Positions 18,053 through 27,881 of a stretch of DNA of 64,000 nucleotides are shown here, piece by piece. This DNA comes from Fimbriimonadia bacterium. Lineage in GTDB: Bacteria; Armatimonadota; Fimbriimonadia; Fimbriimonadales; JABRVX01. Under the pieces are notes generated by a model. That model had not been told where the DNA came from, made no database searches, and saw only the letters and a program-made list of their open reading frames with translations. The translations under genes and the position numbers were made by a program. Every line of letters begins with the position of its first letter. The stretch's first letter is position 1. The stretch lies in assembly GCA_041483895.1 (NCBI GenBank), contig JBGPGO010000006.1, forward strand, positions 64,001-128,000. The letters are read 5' to 3'.

Positions 18053-20276
18053 TGTCCTTGCGATTGACGAGCTGATTCAGCCCGAATGGGAGGACCCGGA
18101 AGCGCTCCAACGCCTGCTGGAAACGGTCGCGCTGCATCATCACGACGCCAAGCCGCAACTCATCCGAAACGCCTACTATTTTGCCGAGCGGGCGCACGAG
18201 GGCCAGAAGCGCGACAGCGGCGAGCCGTACATCACGCATCCCCTTGCCGTCGCGCAGATCCTTGCCGATCTGCAGCTCGATCCGGAGACGGTTGTCGCAG
18301 GGCTGCTGCACGATACGCTGGAGGACTGCGCACACTTTGCGACACCGGAACGGTTGGAGCGGTTCTTCGGGCAAACGGTTCTCAAGCTGGTGGAAGGCGT
18401 CACCAAATTGCGGTTTCCATATCGCACCGAACCGGATACTTTTGCCGCGAAAAAGCAGGAGCAGATCCGGCGAGCCGCGGAGAGTTTGCGCAAGGTGTTG
18501 CTGGCGATGGCGGCGGACCTGCGCGTCATGGTGATCAAGCTGGCGGACCGGATGCACAACATGCGCACGATCGATGCGCTGACTCAGGAGAAAAAGGAAC
18601 GGATCGCCAACGAGACGATGCATGTGTATGCGCCGCTCGCCGCACGACTTGGCATTTGGCAGCTCAAATGGCAGCTCGAGGACCTGGCATTTCGGGCGCT
18701 CGATCCGGAGGGATTCGATCAGGTCGCGAAAGCGTTGGACAAAACCCGCGCGGTGCGAGAACAAGAACTGACCGAGGCGAAGGTTGCGCTGAAAGAGCGG
18801 CTGGAAAAGGCCGGCATCGAGTCGGAGATCATGGGGCGGCCGAAGCACATCTACAGCATACACAACAAGCTGGACAAGCAGAAGCTGAGCATCGATCAGA
18901 TTTACGATTTGCTGGGGCTGCGCGTGGTAACGATGACAGAGGCGGACTGCTATCACGCGCTCGGCATCATTCACGAACTATGGAAGCCGATCCCCAGCAT
19001 GTTCTACGACTATATCGCCAAGCCCAAGCCCAATCTGTATCAGTCGCTACACACGAAGGTGGTGGGTCCGAACGGCGAACCGCTCGAGGTGCAGATTCGG
19101 ACGCGGGAGATGCACGAATTGGCGGAGTACGGCGTGGCGGCGCACTGGGCCTATAAGGAAGGGACCGACGCGCCGGCAGCGCGACTGCCGCAGCTCCGGC
19201 AACAGCTTTTCGACTGGAGCAGCGACGCGAAAACTTCCAGCGAGTTCTTGCGCAATGTGTCGGAGGACCTGTTCGCCGATCAGGTGTTCGTGTTTACGCC
19301 GAAGGGGGACGTGATCGACTTGCCGGCCGGTTCGACGCCGATCGATTTTGCCTACCGCATTCACACACGGCTCGGTGAGACGTTGGTCGGAGCGAAGGTT
19401 AATGCGCGAATCGTCCCGATCAACTATGAATTGAAAAACGGCGACATCTGCGAAGTGCAGACGCGGCCTTCGGCAAGACCAAGTCTCGACTGGCTGCAAT
19501 ACATCAAGACCTCGCAGGCGCGCAACAAGATTCGCGGCTATCTGCGAAAGCTGAACCGCGAGGAAAACGCTATCCGCGGGAGGGAGGCGCTCGAAAAGCA
19601 TATCAAATCTATGGGACGGGACCCGCGAGAATTTCTCGGCGAGGATCACCTGAATCAGATCGCCGATAAATTCAAGGTCGCGAACGCGGAAGACCTGCTG
19701 GCGGCCGTCGGTGAAGGTCTGATCACCGCGAATGCAGTTATCACACGCTTGCGATCCCTTCTGCCACAGGAGGAACAGGCCAAGACGCCGACGATTGGAC
19801 GCATCGCGCAGGAACAGCAGATGCGGATCGCGCCGGACGGCATCGACAGCGTGATGACAAAGCGGGCCCGCTGCTGCGCGCCGATCCCCGGCGATGAGGT
19901 TGTCGGGTTCGTTACTCGCGGCCGCGGAATGATGATCCACCGCGCCGATTGCACGAACGTTTTGGGAATGGGTGACGACGATGTGCAGCGATTAATTCCC
20001 GTCGATTGGGAAGGCGACGAGGGACATGTGTACGGAGTGACACTGCAGATGGATGTAATGAACCGAATCGGTCTGTTGGCCGACGTGACGCACATATTTG
20101 GCGAGGCAAAGACCAATATCACGGCGGCGCGCATCCAGACCAAATCGAACCAGACGGCATACATCGAGATTCAATTGGAAGTGCGGGACACCAAACACCT
20201 GCGCGACCTGATGAATCGCATTCTCAATTTTGGCGATGTGATCGCCATTCGACGCGTCATGGGCCGCAAGGTCTAA
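18045..20276 (+). CDS. relA: bifunctional (p)ppGpp synthetase/hydrolase Rel (RelA/SpoT)
   Basis: LHDTLED HD domain, KLADRMHN, YQSLHT, TGS and ACT domains; start at ATG 18045. Confidence 0.95.
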   Translation: MADVLAIDELIQPEWEDPEALQRLLETVALHHHDAKPQLIRNAYYFAERAHEGQKRDSGEPYITHPLAVAQILADLQLDPETVVAGLLHDTLEDCAHFATPERLERFFGQTVLKLVEGVTKLRFPYRTEPDTFAAKKQEQIRRAAESLRKVLLAMAADLRVMVIKLADRMHNMRTIDALTQEKKERIANETMHVYAPLAARLGIWQLKWQLEDLAFRALDPEGFDQVAKALDKTRAVREQELTEAKVALKERLEKAGIESEIMGRPKHIYSIHNKLDKQKLSIDQIYDLLGLRVVTMTEADCYHALGIIHELWKPIPSMFYDYIAKPKPNLYQSLHTKVVGPNGEPLEVQIRTREMHELAEYGVAAHWAYKEGTDAPAARLPQLRQQLFDWSSDAKTSSEFLRNVSEDLFADQVFVFTPKGDVIDLPAGSTPIDFAYRIHTRLGETLVGAKVNARIVPINYELKNGDICEVQTRPSARPSLDWLQYIKTSQARNKIRGYLRKLNREENAIRGREALEKHIKSMGRDPREFLGEDHLNQIADKFKVANAEDLLAAVGEGLITANAVITRLRSLLPQEEQAKTPTIGRIAQEQQMRIAPDGIDSVMTKRARCCAPIPGDEVVGFVTRGRGMMIHRADCTNVLGMGDDDVQRLIPVDWEGDEGHVYGVTLQMDVMNRIGLLADVTHIFGEAKTNITAARIQTKSNQTAYIEIQLEVRDTKHLRDLMNRILNFGDVIAIRRVMGRKV

Positions 20277-20716
20277 TGAGGGCCGTCGTCCAGCGGGTCA
20301 GGTCGGCGACGGTTTCTGTCGATGGGGAAACCTTCGCGAACATCGGCAAAGGCCTCGTAGTTCTTCTAGGAATACGCGTTGGCGATGCCGGAAAAGATAG
20401 CGAATGGATGGCGTCCAAGCTTACGAATTTACGGATTTTTGACGATAGTGATGGTAAGTTAAATATGTCCGTGCTCGATGCGGGGGGCGAGATGCTGATG
20501 GTCTCCAACTTCACGGTCTATGGTGACGCGAGCAAGGGCCGGCGGCCGAGTTTTGTAGAGTCGGCGTCGTATGAAGATGGCAGGACCCTATTTGAGGACT
20601 GTTGCAACCGCGTCGCCTCCTTGGGCGTCCCTGTTAGCACAGGGGTTTACGGAGCGGCGATGGCGGTTTCTTTGACCAACGACGGTCCGGTAACGATACT
20701 GATTGAGACACCATGA
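20276..20716 (+). CDS. dtd: D-aminoacyl-tRNA deacylase
   Basis: MRAVVQRV, SNFT and NDGPVT motifs; coupled to the rel stop by TAATG. Confidence 0.96.
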   Translation: MRAVVQRVRSATVSVDGETFANIGKGLVVLLGIRVGDAGKDSEWMASKLTNLRIFDDSDGKLNMSVLDAGGEMLMVSNFTVYGDASKGRRPSFVESASYEDGRTLFEDCCNRVASLGVPVSTGVYGAAMAVSLTNDGPVTILIETP

Positions 20717-21549
20717 TGGAAGAAAGTCAGAGGCAGACAAACCTGGAGCATATCGAGGAGGATATCAACCCTCGAACGCTCGGAGACAAGTCCCTTGAGG
20801 GCGGCGATTATGATGCCGCCATCAAGTACTATCGCAATGCCGTGCGCCAAGACGGTTCTGACCCTGCCCACAGAATGGCGCTTGCCGATACGCTGTCCCT
20901 TTCCGAGAGAGGGCCGCAGGCGGTCAATCAGTATCGAAAAGCCCTGAAGGTGAAGCCCAACCAGGCCGAGCCGCATGTGGGACTGGCGGAAATCTACAAG
21001 CGGTATGGGAAGTGGCGCGCGGCGATCATCCGGTTTCGCAAGGCGCTGGAATTTCAGCCGAAGAATGGGTTTGTTTGGTACAAATTGGCCGACGCCCTGC
21101 TGGTGTCGGACAATCCCGACGAGGCTCTGGATGCGGGACGAAAGGCCGCGGGGGTCTGTCCGGACGACGCCTTCTATCACTATTGGGTCGGAGATCTTTT
21201 GGTGAAGTTGGGCCGATGCGAGGAGGCGGTGGAGCCGTTGCGGGCCGCCGTGGATATCGAGTCGGAGGACGCCGGTCTGCATGCGCGGCTCAGCATCGCG
21301 CTCGCGGGGAGCGGCCTTTGGCGCAAGGCGGCGGCGAGCATGGCGCGGGCGGTGCAGCTCAAGCCCGAGGACGTTGTTTATATCACTTTGCTTGGTGATC
21401 TGTATTTGAAGACCAGACGTCCTGCGCTGGCTGCGGAGGCCTACAACGCGGCGGGGGAGCTGGATCGGTATGCGGAGGATATCATCTATCGGTGCCGCAA
21501 TGAGATGGCCGCCCGCGCTGCCTCACCCAGAGGACCTGTTGAGACATGA
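20713..21549 (+). CDS. tetratricopeptide repeat protein
   Basis: Multiple TPR-like 34-aa repeats (A..Y.KAL...P). Confidence 0.85.
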   Translation: MMEESQRQTNLEHIEEDINPRTLGDKSLEGGDYDAAIKYYRNAVRQDGSDPAHRMALADTLSLSERGPQAVNQYRKALKVKPNQAEPHVGLAEIYKRYGKWRAAIIRFRKALEFQPKNGFVWYKLADALLVSDNPDEALDAGRKAAGVCPDDAFYHYWVGDLLVKLGRCEEAVEPLRAAVDIESEDAGLHARLSIALAGSGLWRKAAASMARAVQLKPEDVVYITLLGDLYLKTRRPALAAEAYNAAGELDRYAEDIIYRCRNEMAARAASPRGPVET

Positions 21550-21550
21550 G

Positions 21551-23500
21551 GTGACAGGTGCGGCAATAGCGGCTTGCCTTTCCGTTTTGGCGACGGCGGC
21601 ATATTCTGGAAGTGCGGACGTGGATGCTCGCCTCGACACTCCAGTTTCCAACTTCAGCTTCACCGGTAATCTCGAGGACGCGGTACAAGTGCTCGGCAAG
21701 CAAGGAAATGTGGCGCTCAAGACAGCCAAGGACACTCGCGATCTGCTGCTCTTTGTGCACGTCGATAACCAGCCTTTGCGACAGGTGATGTCTCAGATCG
21801 CTTCCGCGTTGGGGGTGGAGTGGCGCGAGGAGCAGCAACTCACAGACCCATTGCCTCGATATGTCGCACGGCTCTCCGATAGCGCGGCGGCACAGCGCGC
21901 GAAGATACGCAAAGCGAAGATGGCGCAGCTCAAGTTCGCGAAAGCTTGGGCTAAGGGCTATCAGGACCTCCTAGATCTTCCCGAAAACGACAGGAACGCT
22001 GCGGCACAGGAAGGTCTCAGCCAGATGCGCGATCAGATCGCTCACCACGAGACGGAGCAAAACGACGTTTCGGTGCGTTCTCAAAATTGCCTTGAACTCA
22101 CAGACCCAGCGCTCCCGATCGTCGTCGGAATCATCGGTTCGTGGAGCGATAAGGAGTGGTCCCGGCTCGTCGACGACGGATATCTTGTCTACTGCTCTTC
22201 ACCGAAGCCTGCCCAGACTCGCCTCCCTAACGATTCGCTGGCGCTCGCGCTTTCATGGTTGCCCGCAATCGATGCGCAGCACAATCAGTTAGAGGATACC
22301 GATACCAAACTTTGGAGCACACGGGGAGAAGTGACGTTGAAGCTCAAGACTGGCTTCATCTCCTCAGCGACAATGAATGCGACTGGTATCGAGCCAAAAA
22401 CCTGCATCTACAAGGCGAGATTCTATTATGATTCGAAGTCGTTAGAGGCATCTTTTGAAGCGCTGAATCAGCAGCGGGACACAATTGCCGAGTCACGAAC
22501 ATGGCGCATCTCTCTCACTGACACCGGCGGCCCAGACGATGGAGCGAATGCCTGTTCCGCAAACCCATTGTTTGACCGGAAACTCGCTATTCCGGATGAA
22601 GTTGTGCGAGTTGGGCAAAGGTCGGGCTTTTGCGAGCAATATCAGAAGTGGTTGCACGAGCCTGCTAAACATGATTTTGTTGATCCGCTGGCCGTGTTTG
22701 CCGGCCCGGTCCTGCGGGATGTTTCGCACAGTCTCGGAATGCCGGCAGTCGTTGCCCTAACAGACGAGCAAGCTCTTGGCAATGTCTCAACCAACGAAGA
22801 GATCAGGCAATGCTTGTCATCGATTGCCAAGAAGATCCTCTCGTTTGACATAACCGACGGCTGGTTGATCGGACGCGTCAGATCTTCAATTCGAGCGCAG
22901 ACTGCGCTGGATAACAACTGTTCGCGTCCTCCGCTTCGCAAGATGTATCGCCTCGCCTCCTCCTCAGCGCATCCAGACATAGCTTCCCTGGCCGAGTTCG
23001 TATGCGAACTATCCGATGGGCAAGTCCGCACGGCGAGATTGCCATTGGAGGCTTTCTTTCCAAAATGCCAGTTTGACTGGGACGCGCGGGCTGTGGCGAC
23101 GCTGCGTCTTTTCGGTTCGCTGAATACCCCTCATCGCGAGATACTGAGAAATGGCGCGACGTTGCGAGGCCTGATGCTCAACGCGAGCGAAACGGGAGCT
23201 CTCGTCAAGTATCTAGCCAGTCGAACTGCCGATGTCTTCACTCCTCTTTGGCACACGGCCTGGACGCGCTTCGATTGTACTGAGGTTTCGTCTGACGTAC
23301 TGCCACGGATCACGGTTCAGATGAAGTTCCTCGACGAAAGGCTTTGTGCTGATTGGTTGTCCGAGAGCCGGGATCGTCCAACACCACTTGCCGAGTGCCT
23401 CGTGCCAGCCGACGCCTACTGGGTATCTCTGCTCTCGGTCACATTCGACCAGCAGATTCTGCGAGCCAGCTCTTCGTACTTACAGAGGTCGAGACCGTAG
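21551..23500 (+). CDS. large hypothetical exported protein with a possible STN/secretin-N-like N-terminal segment
   Basis: Long ORF with hydrophobic N-terminus and RLDTPV...VDNQPLRQVMSQIA segment; GTG start inferred. Confidence 0.65.
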   Translation: MTGAAIAACLSVLATAAYSGSADVDARLDTPVSNFSFTGNLEDAVQVLGKQGNVALKTAKDTRDLLLFVHVDNQPLRQVMSQIASALGVEWREEQQLTDPLPRYVARLSDSAAAQRAKIRKAKMAQLKFAKAWAKGYQDLLDLPENDRNAAAQEGLSQMRDQIAHHETEQNDVSVRSQNCLELTDPALPIVVGIIGSWSDKEWSRLVDDGYLVYCSSPKPAQTRLPNDSLALALSWLPAIDAQHNQLEDTDTKLWSTRGEVTLKLKTGFISSATMNATGIEPKTCIYKARFYYDSKSLEASFEALNQQRDTIAESRTWRISLTDTGGPDDGANACSANPLFDRKLAIPDEVVRVGQRSGFCEQYQKWLHEPAKHDFVDPLAVFAGPVLRDVSHSLGMPAVVALTDEQALGNVSTNEEIRQCLSSIAKKILSFDITDGWLIGRVRSSIRAQTALDNNCSRPPLRKMYRLASSSAHPDIASLAEFVCELSDGQVRTARLPLEAFFPKCQFDWDARAVATLRLFGSLNTPHREILRNGATLRGLMLNASETGALVKYLASRTADVFTPLWHTAWTRFDCTEVSSDVLPRITVQMKFLDERLCADWLSESRDRPTPLAECLVPADAYWVSLLSVTFDQQILRASSSYLQRSRP

Positions 23501-23631
23501 GAGCGTCGAGAGTGCCAGCGCCGGTTCATGAACGCCATTTTTTCCATGCCCCACCGATGAAGTCATTCGGGGTTTGAATTTCGGCTGGCGCGAAACCCGT
23601 TGCTTGCATGCCCGCGTCAGAATCGGATTCC

Positions 23632-23800
23632 TTGTAGCCGCAATTCCTCGTTCCAAGGACCTTGCGAATCACAGATTCCAAGAATTGCGTTAACCCGCAG
23701 GAAGTGCCGCGACGGTGGGTCCGCAATGTTTCTGCCCTTGCGCGCGGTTCTTGGGATCGGCATTCCGGAAGGATATCGGAGCGAGGAACCGCGGCTACAA
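23632..23800. repeat. inverted pair of GTAG-capped hairpins (REPIN-like)
   Basis: TTGTAGCCGCAATTCCTCG...CAAGAATTGCG and CGCGGTTCTTGG...CGAGGAACCGCGGCTACAA. Confidence 0.75.
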
Positions 23801-23803
23801 AAA

Positions 23804-25696
23804 CTATCGCGCCTTCAGAGCAATCAATAGGGCGCTGATGTCGGTGGGGCGGACGCCGGGGACGCGGGAGGCCTGGGCGACATCGATGGGTCGCACGCGC
23901 GACAGCTTCTCCCGGCATTCCAACGACAGCGCGGCGAAGCCGGAGTAGTCGAAATCAGCCGGAATTGTCACCACGCAGAGTTCTTCCTGGCGGCGGACCT
24001 GGCGGTCCTGAAGATCAAGATAGCCCTCGTACTTCGCCATGATCTCCACCTGCTCCGCCACGCGCCGGTCCGGCACTTTCCATGCCTCCCATGCCTCAAC
24101 AGGAGGACCTGTTGAGGCATGGGAAGCCAACTCGCGGAGACGGCCATACGAAATCTCAGGGCGGCGCAGGAAATCGTACAGGCTGACGCGGTTTGAGAGT
24201 GGAGCACATCCGTCGTCGTGCAGCATGGCGTTGTCTTTGCTGGAGAAGTACTGATCCCGCAGAGCCGCAATCTCATCGTCAATCGCCCGCTTTTTCTCAC
24301 TGAAAACCTGCCAACGATGATCGTCGCACAGGCCGATCTCACGGGCGAGCGGAGTCAGGCGCTGGTCGGCATTGTCGTGGCGCAATCGCAGGCGATATTC
24401 GGAGCGAGCGGTCAGCATGCGATACGGGTCCTCCACCCCTTTCGTCACCAGATCGTCCACAAGCACGCCGATAAAACTGTTTGAGCGCGGGAAGTGCACC
24501 GGCTCCCGATTGCGGGCGCGCATCGCGGCGTTGATCCCCGCCACAATCCCCTGCGCCGCCGCCTCCTCATACCCCGAGGTCCCGTTCACCTGTCCCGCCA
24601 GATAAAGGCCTGAGCACAACTTGCTCATCAGCGTCGGGGCAAGCTGCATCGGGTCGGCCATGTCGTATTCGACGGCATACCCTGCCCGCAGCATCTCCAC
24701 ATTCTGCAGACCTGGCAAAGTGTTCAGGAACTCGAGCTGCACATCCGCCGGCAGGCTGGTGGACATCCCCTGAACGTAGAGCGATGGCGAGTCCCATTCC
24801 TCCTGCTCCAAAAAGACCGGGTGGGAGGTCTTGTCGGGAAACTTGACGATCTTGTCCTCGATGCTGGGGCAGTAGCGGGGACCGATGCCTTCGATGCGCC
24901 CGGCGTACATCGCGCTCTTGTGCAGGTTTTCTCTTACGACCTCGTGCGTTGCCTCGTTCGTTGCCGTATTCCAGCAGGGCAGCAAGGGGCGCTTTGGCGC
25001 CAGTCGCGTGTGCAGGAAGGAGAACGGCGGGCAGTCCGGATCGGAGGCCAATTCGCCCAGCTCCGACCAGTTGACGGTTCGGGCATCGACGCGCGGGGTG
25101 GTTCCGGTCTTGAACCGGCGAAGATGGATGCCGAGTTGCGCCAACACCGCCGAGATGCCGGAGACGGCGGGATCGCCGTGGCGGGCGGACTTGGTCTGTT
25201 CCTCGCCGCGATGACACAAGCCGTTGAGGAAGGTGCCGGTGGTGAGGACGACCGCGCGAGCGCGGATTTCCGAGCCGTCCTGGAGGCGGACTCCTTGGAC
25301 CACGCCTGCTTCGACGATCAGGTCCTCGACGATGGCCTTGACGAATGTTAGCCTGGGCTGGTTTTCTAGCGTCTCGCGCATGGCGATGGGATAGTCGTGC
25401 TTGCAGGCGTGGGCGCGGAGGGTGCGGACGCTGGGTCCCTTCCCATCGCCCGCGAGCCGGATGTGGGTCAGGGTCTTGTCGGTGTTGATGCCCATTTGGC
25501 CGCCGAGGGCGTCTATCTCGCGGACCAGGTGGCCTTTGGCGGGGCCGCCGACCGAGCAGTTGCAGGGCATGTGGGCGGTGCGGGCCGGGTCGATGGTGAC
25601 GCAGGCCGTTTGGCAGCCGAGGCGGGCGGCGGCGAGCGCGGCCTCGCATCCGGCGTGGCCGCTTCCGACGACGATGACATCGAACCCGTTGGACAT
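23804..25696 (-). CDS. mnmG: tRNA uridine-5-carboxymethylaminomethyl modification enzyme MnmG (GidA)
   Basis: [29 protein letters not shown] and [16 protein letters not shown] motifs. Confidence 0.98.
   Translation of the reverse strand: MSNGFDVIVVGSGHAGCEAALAAARLGCQTACVTIDPARTAHMPCNCSVGGPAKGHLVREIDALGGQMGINTDKTLTHIRLAGDGKGPSVRTLRAHACKHDYPIAMRETLENQPRLTFVKAIVEDLIVEAGVVQGVRLQDGSEIRARAVVLTTGTFLNGLCHRGEEQTKSARHGDPAVSGISAVLAQLGIHLRRFKTGTTPRVDARTVNWSELGELASDPDCPPFSFLHTRLAPKRPLLPCWNTATNEATHEVVRENLHKSAMYAGRIEGIGPRYCPSIEDKIVKFPDKTSHPVFLEQEEWDSPSLYVQGMSTSLPADVQLEFLNTLPGLQNVEMLRAGYAVEYDMADPMQLAPTLMSKLCSGLYLAGQVNGTSGYEEAAAQGIVAGINAAMRARNREPVHFPRSNSFIGVLVDDLVTKGVEDPYRMLTARSEYRLRLRHDNADQRLTPLAREIGLCDDHRWQVFSEKKRAIDDEIAALRDQYFSSKDNAMLHDDGCAPLSNRVSLYDFLRRPEISYGRLRELASHASTGPPVEAWEAWKVPDRRVAEQVEIMAKYEGYLDLQDRQVRRQEELCVVTIPADFDYSGFAALSLECREKLSRVRPIDVAQASRVPGVRPTDISALLIALKAR
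24087..24124. repeat. intragenic perfect palindrome (17-bp stem, 4-nt loop) inside mnmG
   Basis: TCCCATGCCTCAACAGG-AGGA-CCTGTTGAGGCATGGGA; related copies at 21519-21548 and 43155-43180. Confidence 0.85.
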
Positions 25697-25732
25697 GGGC
25701 GGGATTTTACCTCTTGGGGTGGTTGCTGCTAA

Positions 25733-25971
25733 TCCGCGGGCCTAGGGGATCGGTCGTTGGGAGCAATCGGCTCTCGGACCTGCGGACACTGGGGTGCGTG
25801 ATCGTCCGCAGGGCCGGGGTGGTTGCCATCAGACCGCAGGCATTGGTGGTCGGAGATTGAGGCGAATCGGCAAGACGGCCCGCGTCTACAGTGTGGTCGA
25901 TGGACGAACGCGGGCCTTGGTGGTCGGAGATCGAGGCGAATCGGCAAGACGGCCCGCGTCTACAGCGTGGT
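25733..25971. repeat. cluster of hairpin repeats (RAYT-family variants)
   Basis: Two near-identical ~55-nt direct repeats ending CAAGACGGCCCGCGTCTACA, plus a diverged unit at 25733-25786. Confidence 0.8.
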
Positions 25972-26066
25972 TGCCACTCGGATTCGCGGCCACGGAGGTT
26001 GGTAGTCGGTATACTCACTATCGTGCCGGTGGCGACGTTCTTTGATAGCAAGGGGGTTGGATAGAC

Positions 26067-26612
26067 GTGGAACGCGCATACCTTCTCGACCTAAATGACG
26101 TAATTCAACATCCCGGCCATGTCGCCGAAATCGAGATCAATGCGGCGTCCGTGGAGGACCCCGACGTCGCTCTTAACGGACCAATAACAGGCCTGCTGGA
26201 GGCGCGGCTCGAGGGAAGCGTACTGCACTTGAGCGGGCATTTCGATACGACCGCCGTGCTGGAATGCTCCCGGTGCGGCTCGGACTTCGAATACCCGATT
26301 GAGTTCGATTTGGAGGAGATGTACCCGATCGAGGGCGTTCCGGGGGAGCTGGGCGGATTTGCGCAGGTGAACGACTCGGACGAGCCCTATCCGCTGTTCG
26401 AGGGCAACAAGCTTCGGGTCGAGGAACTATTGCGGCAGCTTCTCATTGTGGAGTTGCCAATGAACGAGGTGTGTTCGGAGGCGTGCAAGGGGCTGTGCGA
26501 GGTGTGCGGCCACAATCTCAATGACGGGCCCTGCGAATGCGTCCACCAATCCGGCCACCCCGCGCTCCAAAATCTGGGTCAAAGGTGGCGGGAAACGGAG
26601 AAAACAAGCTAA
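26067..26612 (+). CDS. YceD/DUF177 family protein
   Basis: CSRC and CSEACKGLCEVCGHNLN motifs; upstream of rpmF. Confidence 0.92.
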   Translation: MERAYLLDLNDVIQHPGHVAEIEINAASVEDPDVALNGPITGLLEARLEGSVLHLSGHFDTTAVLECSRCGSDFEYPIEFDLEEMYPIEGVPGELGGFAQVNDSDEPYPLFEGNKLRVEELLRQLLIVELPMNEVCSEACKGLCEVCGHNLNDGPCECVHQSGHPALQNLGQRWRETEKTS

Positions 26613-26637
26613 AATCGCCCCCGCAAGGAATTTAATT

Positions 26638-26880
26638 ATGCCGAATCCAAAAAGAAAGCACTCTCACGCGCGGTCCGCGACCCGCCGAACGCATTGGAAA
26701 TTGATCGCACCGACCTTGGTGCCCCATCCCGGACATCGAACCAACCCGAAGTGCCCGGAACTGCTTCCGCCTCACACTGCTTGCCCGGCATGCGGGATCT
26801 ACAACGGCAGGGTGTACTCCGTCAAGGAGATCAGGCACACAGGCAGAACGACTCAAAAAGCCGAACCGGAATCTGAATGA
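26638..26880 (+). CDS. rpmF: 50S ribosomal protein L32
   Basis: MPNPKRKHSHARSATRR and PHTACPACGIYNGR. Confidence 0.93.
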   Translation: MPNPKRKHSHARSATRRTHWKLIAPTLVPHPGHRTNPKCPELLPPHTACPACGIYNGRVYSVKEIRHTGRTTQKAEPESE

Positions 26881-27881
26881 GACTGGCGATTGACGCCATG
26901 GGGGGCGATAACGCTCCCCGCGAGGTGGTCAATGGCGCATTCTCCGCGGCTCCCGATGTCGATGGCGACCTGATCCTGGTCGGCAACCCGCGACGGCTCG
27001 AAGAGTTTCTGCCCGCCCACACACCTTCCAACGTGCACATCCATCCTGCGCACGAGGTGATCTCTATGGATGAATCGCCCATCGTCGCCATACGGCGAAA
27101 AAAGGACAGCTCACTGAATGTTGCGGTCCAACTGGTGGCGGATGGGGAGTGCGAAGCGGTGATTTCCGCCGGGAACACCGGCGCGGCGACGGCCCTGGCC
27201 AAGCTCCGATGGAAGTCGATCCCAGGGATTCGCCGTCCGGCAATCGCAACGCAGATCCCGTCGAAGGAGGGCCGATTTATTCTTCTCGATTCGGGAGCGA
27301 CTGTGGACTGCGATCCGCAGGACCTGGTTGGATTTGCATTGATGGGCGCCGCGTACGCGACCGCGGTCCTCGGCATCCAACATCCACGAATCGGACTCCT
27401 GAACATTGGCGAGGAGGCAGGGAAGGGCAATCAGCTCGTCAAGCGGACCTATGCGTTGATGAAGCAGGACATCGATAATTTTGTCGGGAACGTCGAGGGA
27501 AAGCATATGTTCGAGGGGCATGTGGACGTGGTGGTGTGCGATGCGTTTGTGGGAAATATCGTCCTCAAAACCGGGGAGGGAATTGCGGAAATGATTATGG
27601 ACGCGATTAAAGAGTCGCTGCCGAAGAGTCCGCTGCTTCGGCTGCCGCTTCCCTTGCTGCTCGGCGGCCTGCAGAGCCTGAAAAAGAATTTGGATTACGC
27701 AGAATACGGTGGCGCGCCGCTTTTGGGAGTGAACGGTGTGTTTATCATCTGTCATGGCCGGTCCGATGAAAAGGCGATCCGGATCGCGATTCTGCACGCG
27801 CAGAGGGCGGTGAAAAACGGCCTCATCGATCGCATCCGCACTTCGGCGTTGGCCTTTCGGCGGGAGAAGCAACATGCCTAA
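26877..27881 (+). CDS. plsX: phosphate acyltransferase PlsX
   Basis: IDAMGGDNAP, SAGNTGA, LLNIGEE and GGAPLLG motifs. Confidence 0.97.
   Translation: MRLAIDAMGGDNAPREVVNGAFSAAPDVDGDLILVGNPRRLEEFLPAHTPSNVHIHPAHEVISMDESPIVAIRRKKDSSLNVAVQLVADGECEAVISAGNTGAATALAKLRWKSIPGIRRPAIATQIPSKEGRFILLDSGATVDCDPQDLVGFALMGAAYATAVLGIQHPRIGLLNIGEEAGKGNQLVKRTYALMKQDIDNFVGNVEGKHMFEGHVDVVVCDAFVGNIVLKTGEGIAEMIMDAIKESLPKSPLLRLPLPLLLGGLQSLKKNLDYAEYGGAPLLGVNGVFIICHGRSDEKAIRIAILHAQRAVKNGLIDRIRTSALAFRREKQHA

Noticed and set aside
25733..25971. mini CRISPR array
   Set aside because: Only two ~55-nt direct repeats, and they match the GTAG-capped hairpin at 13646-13700.
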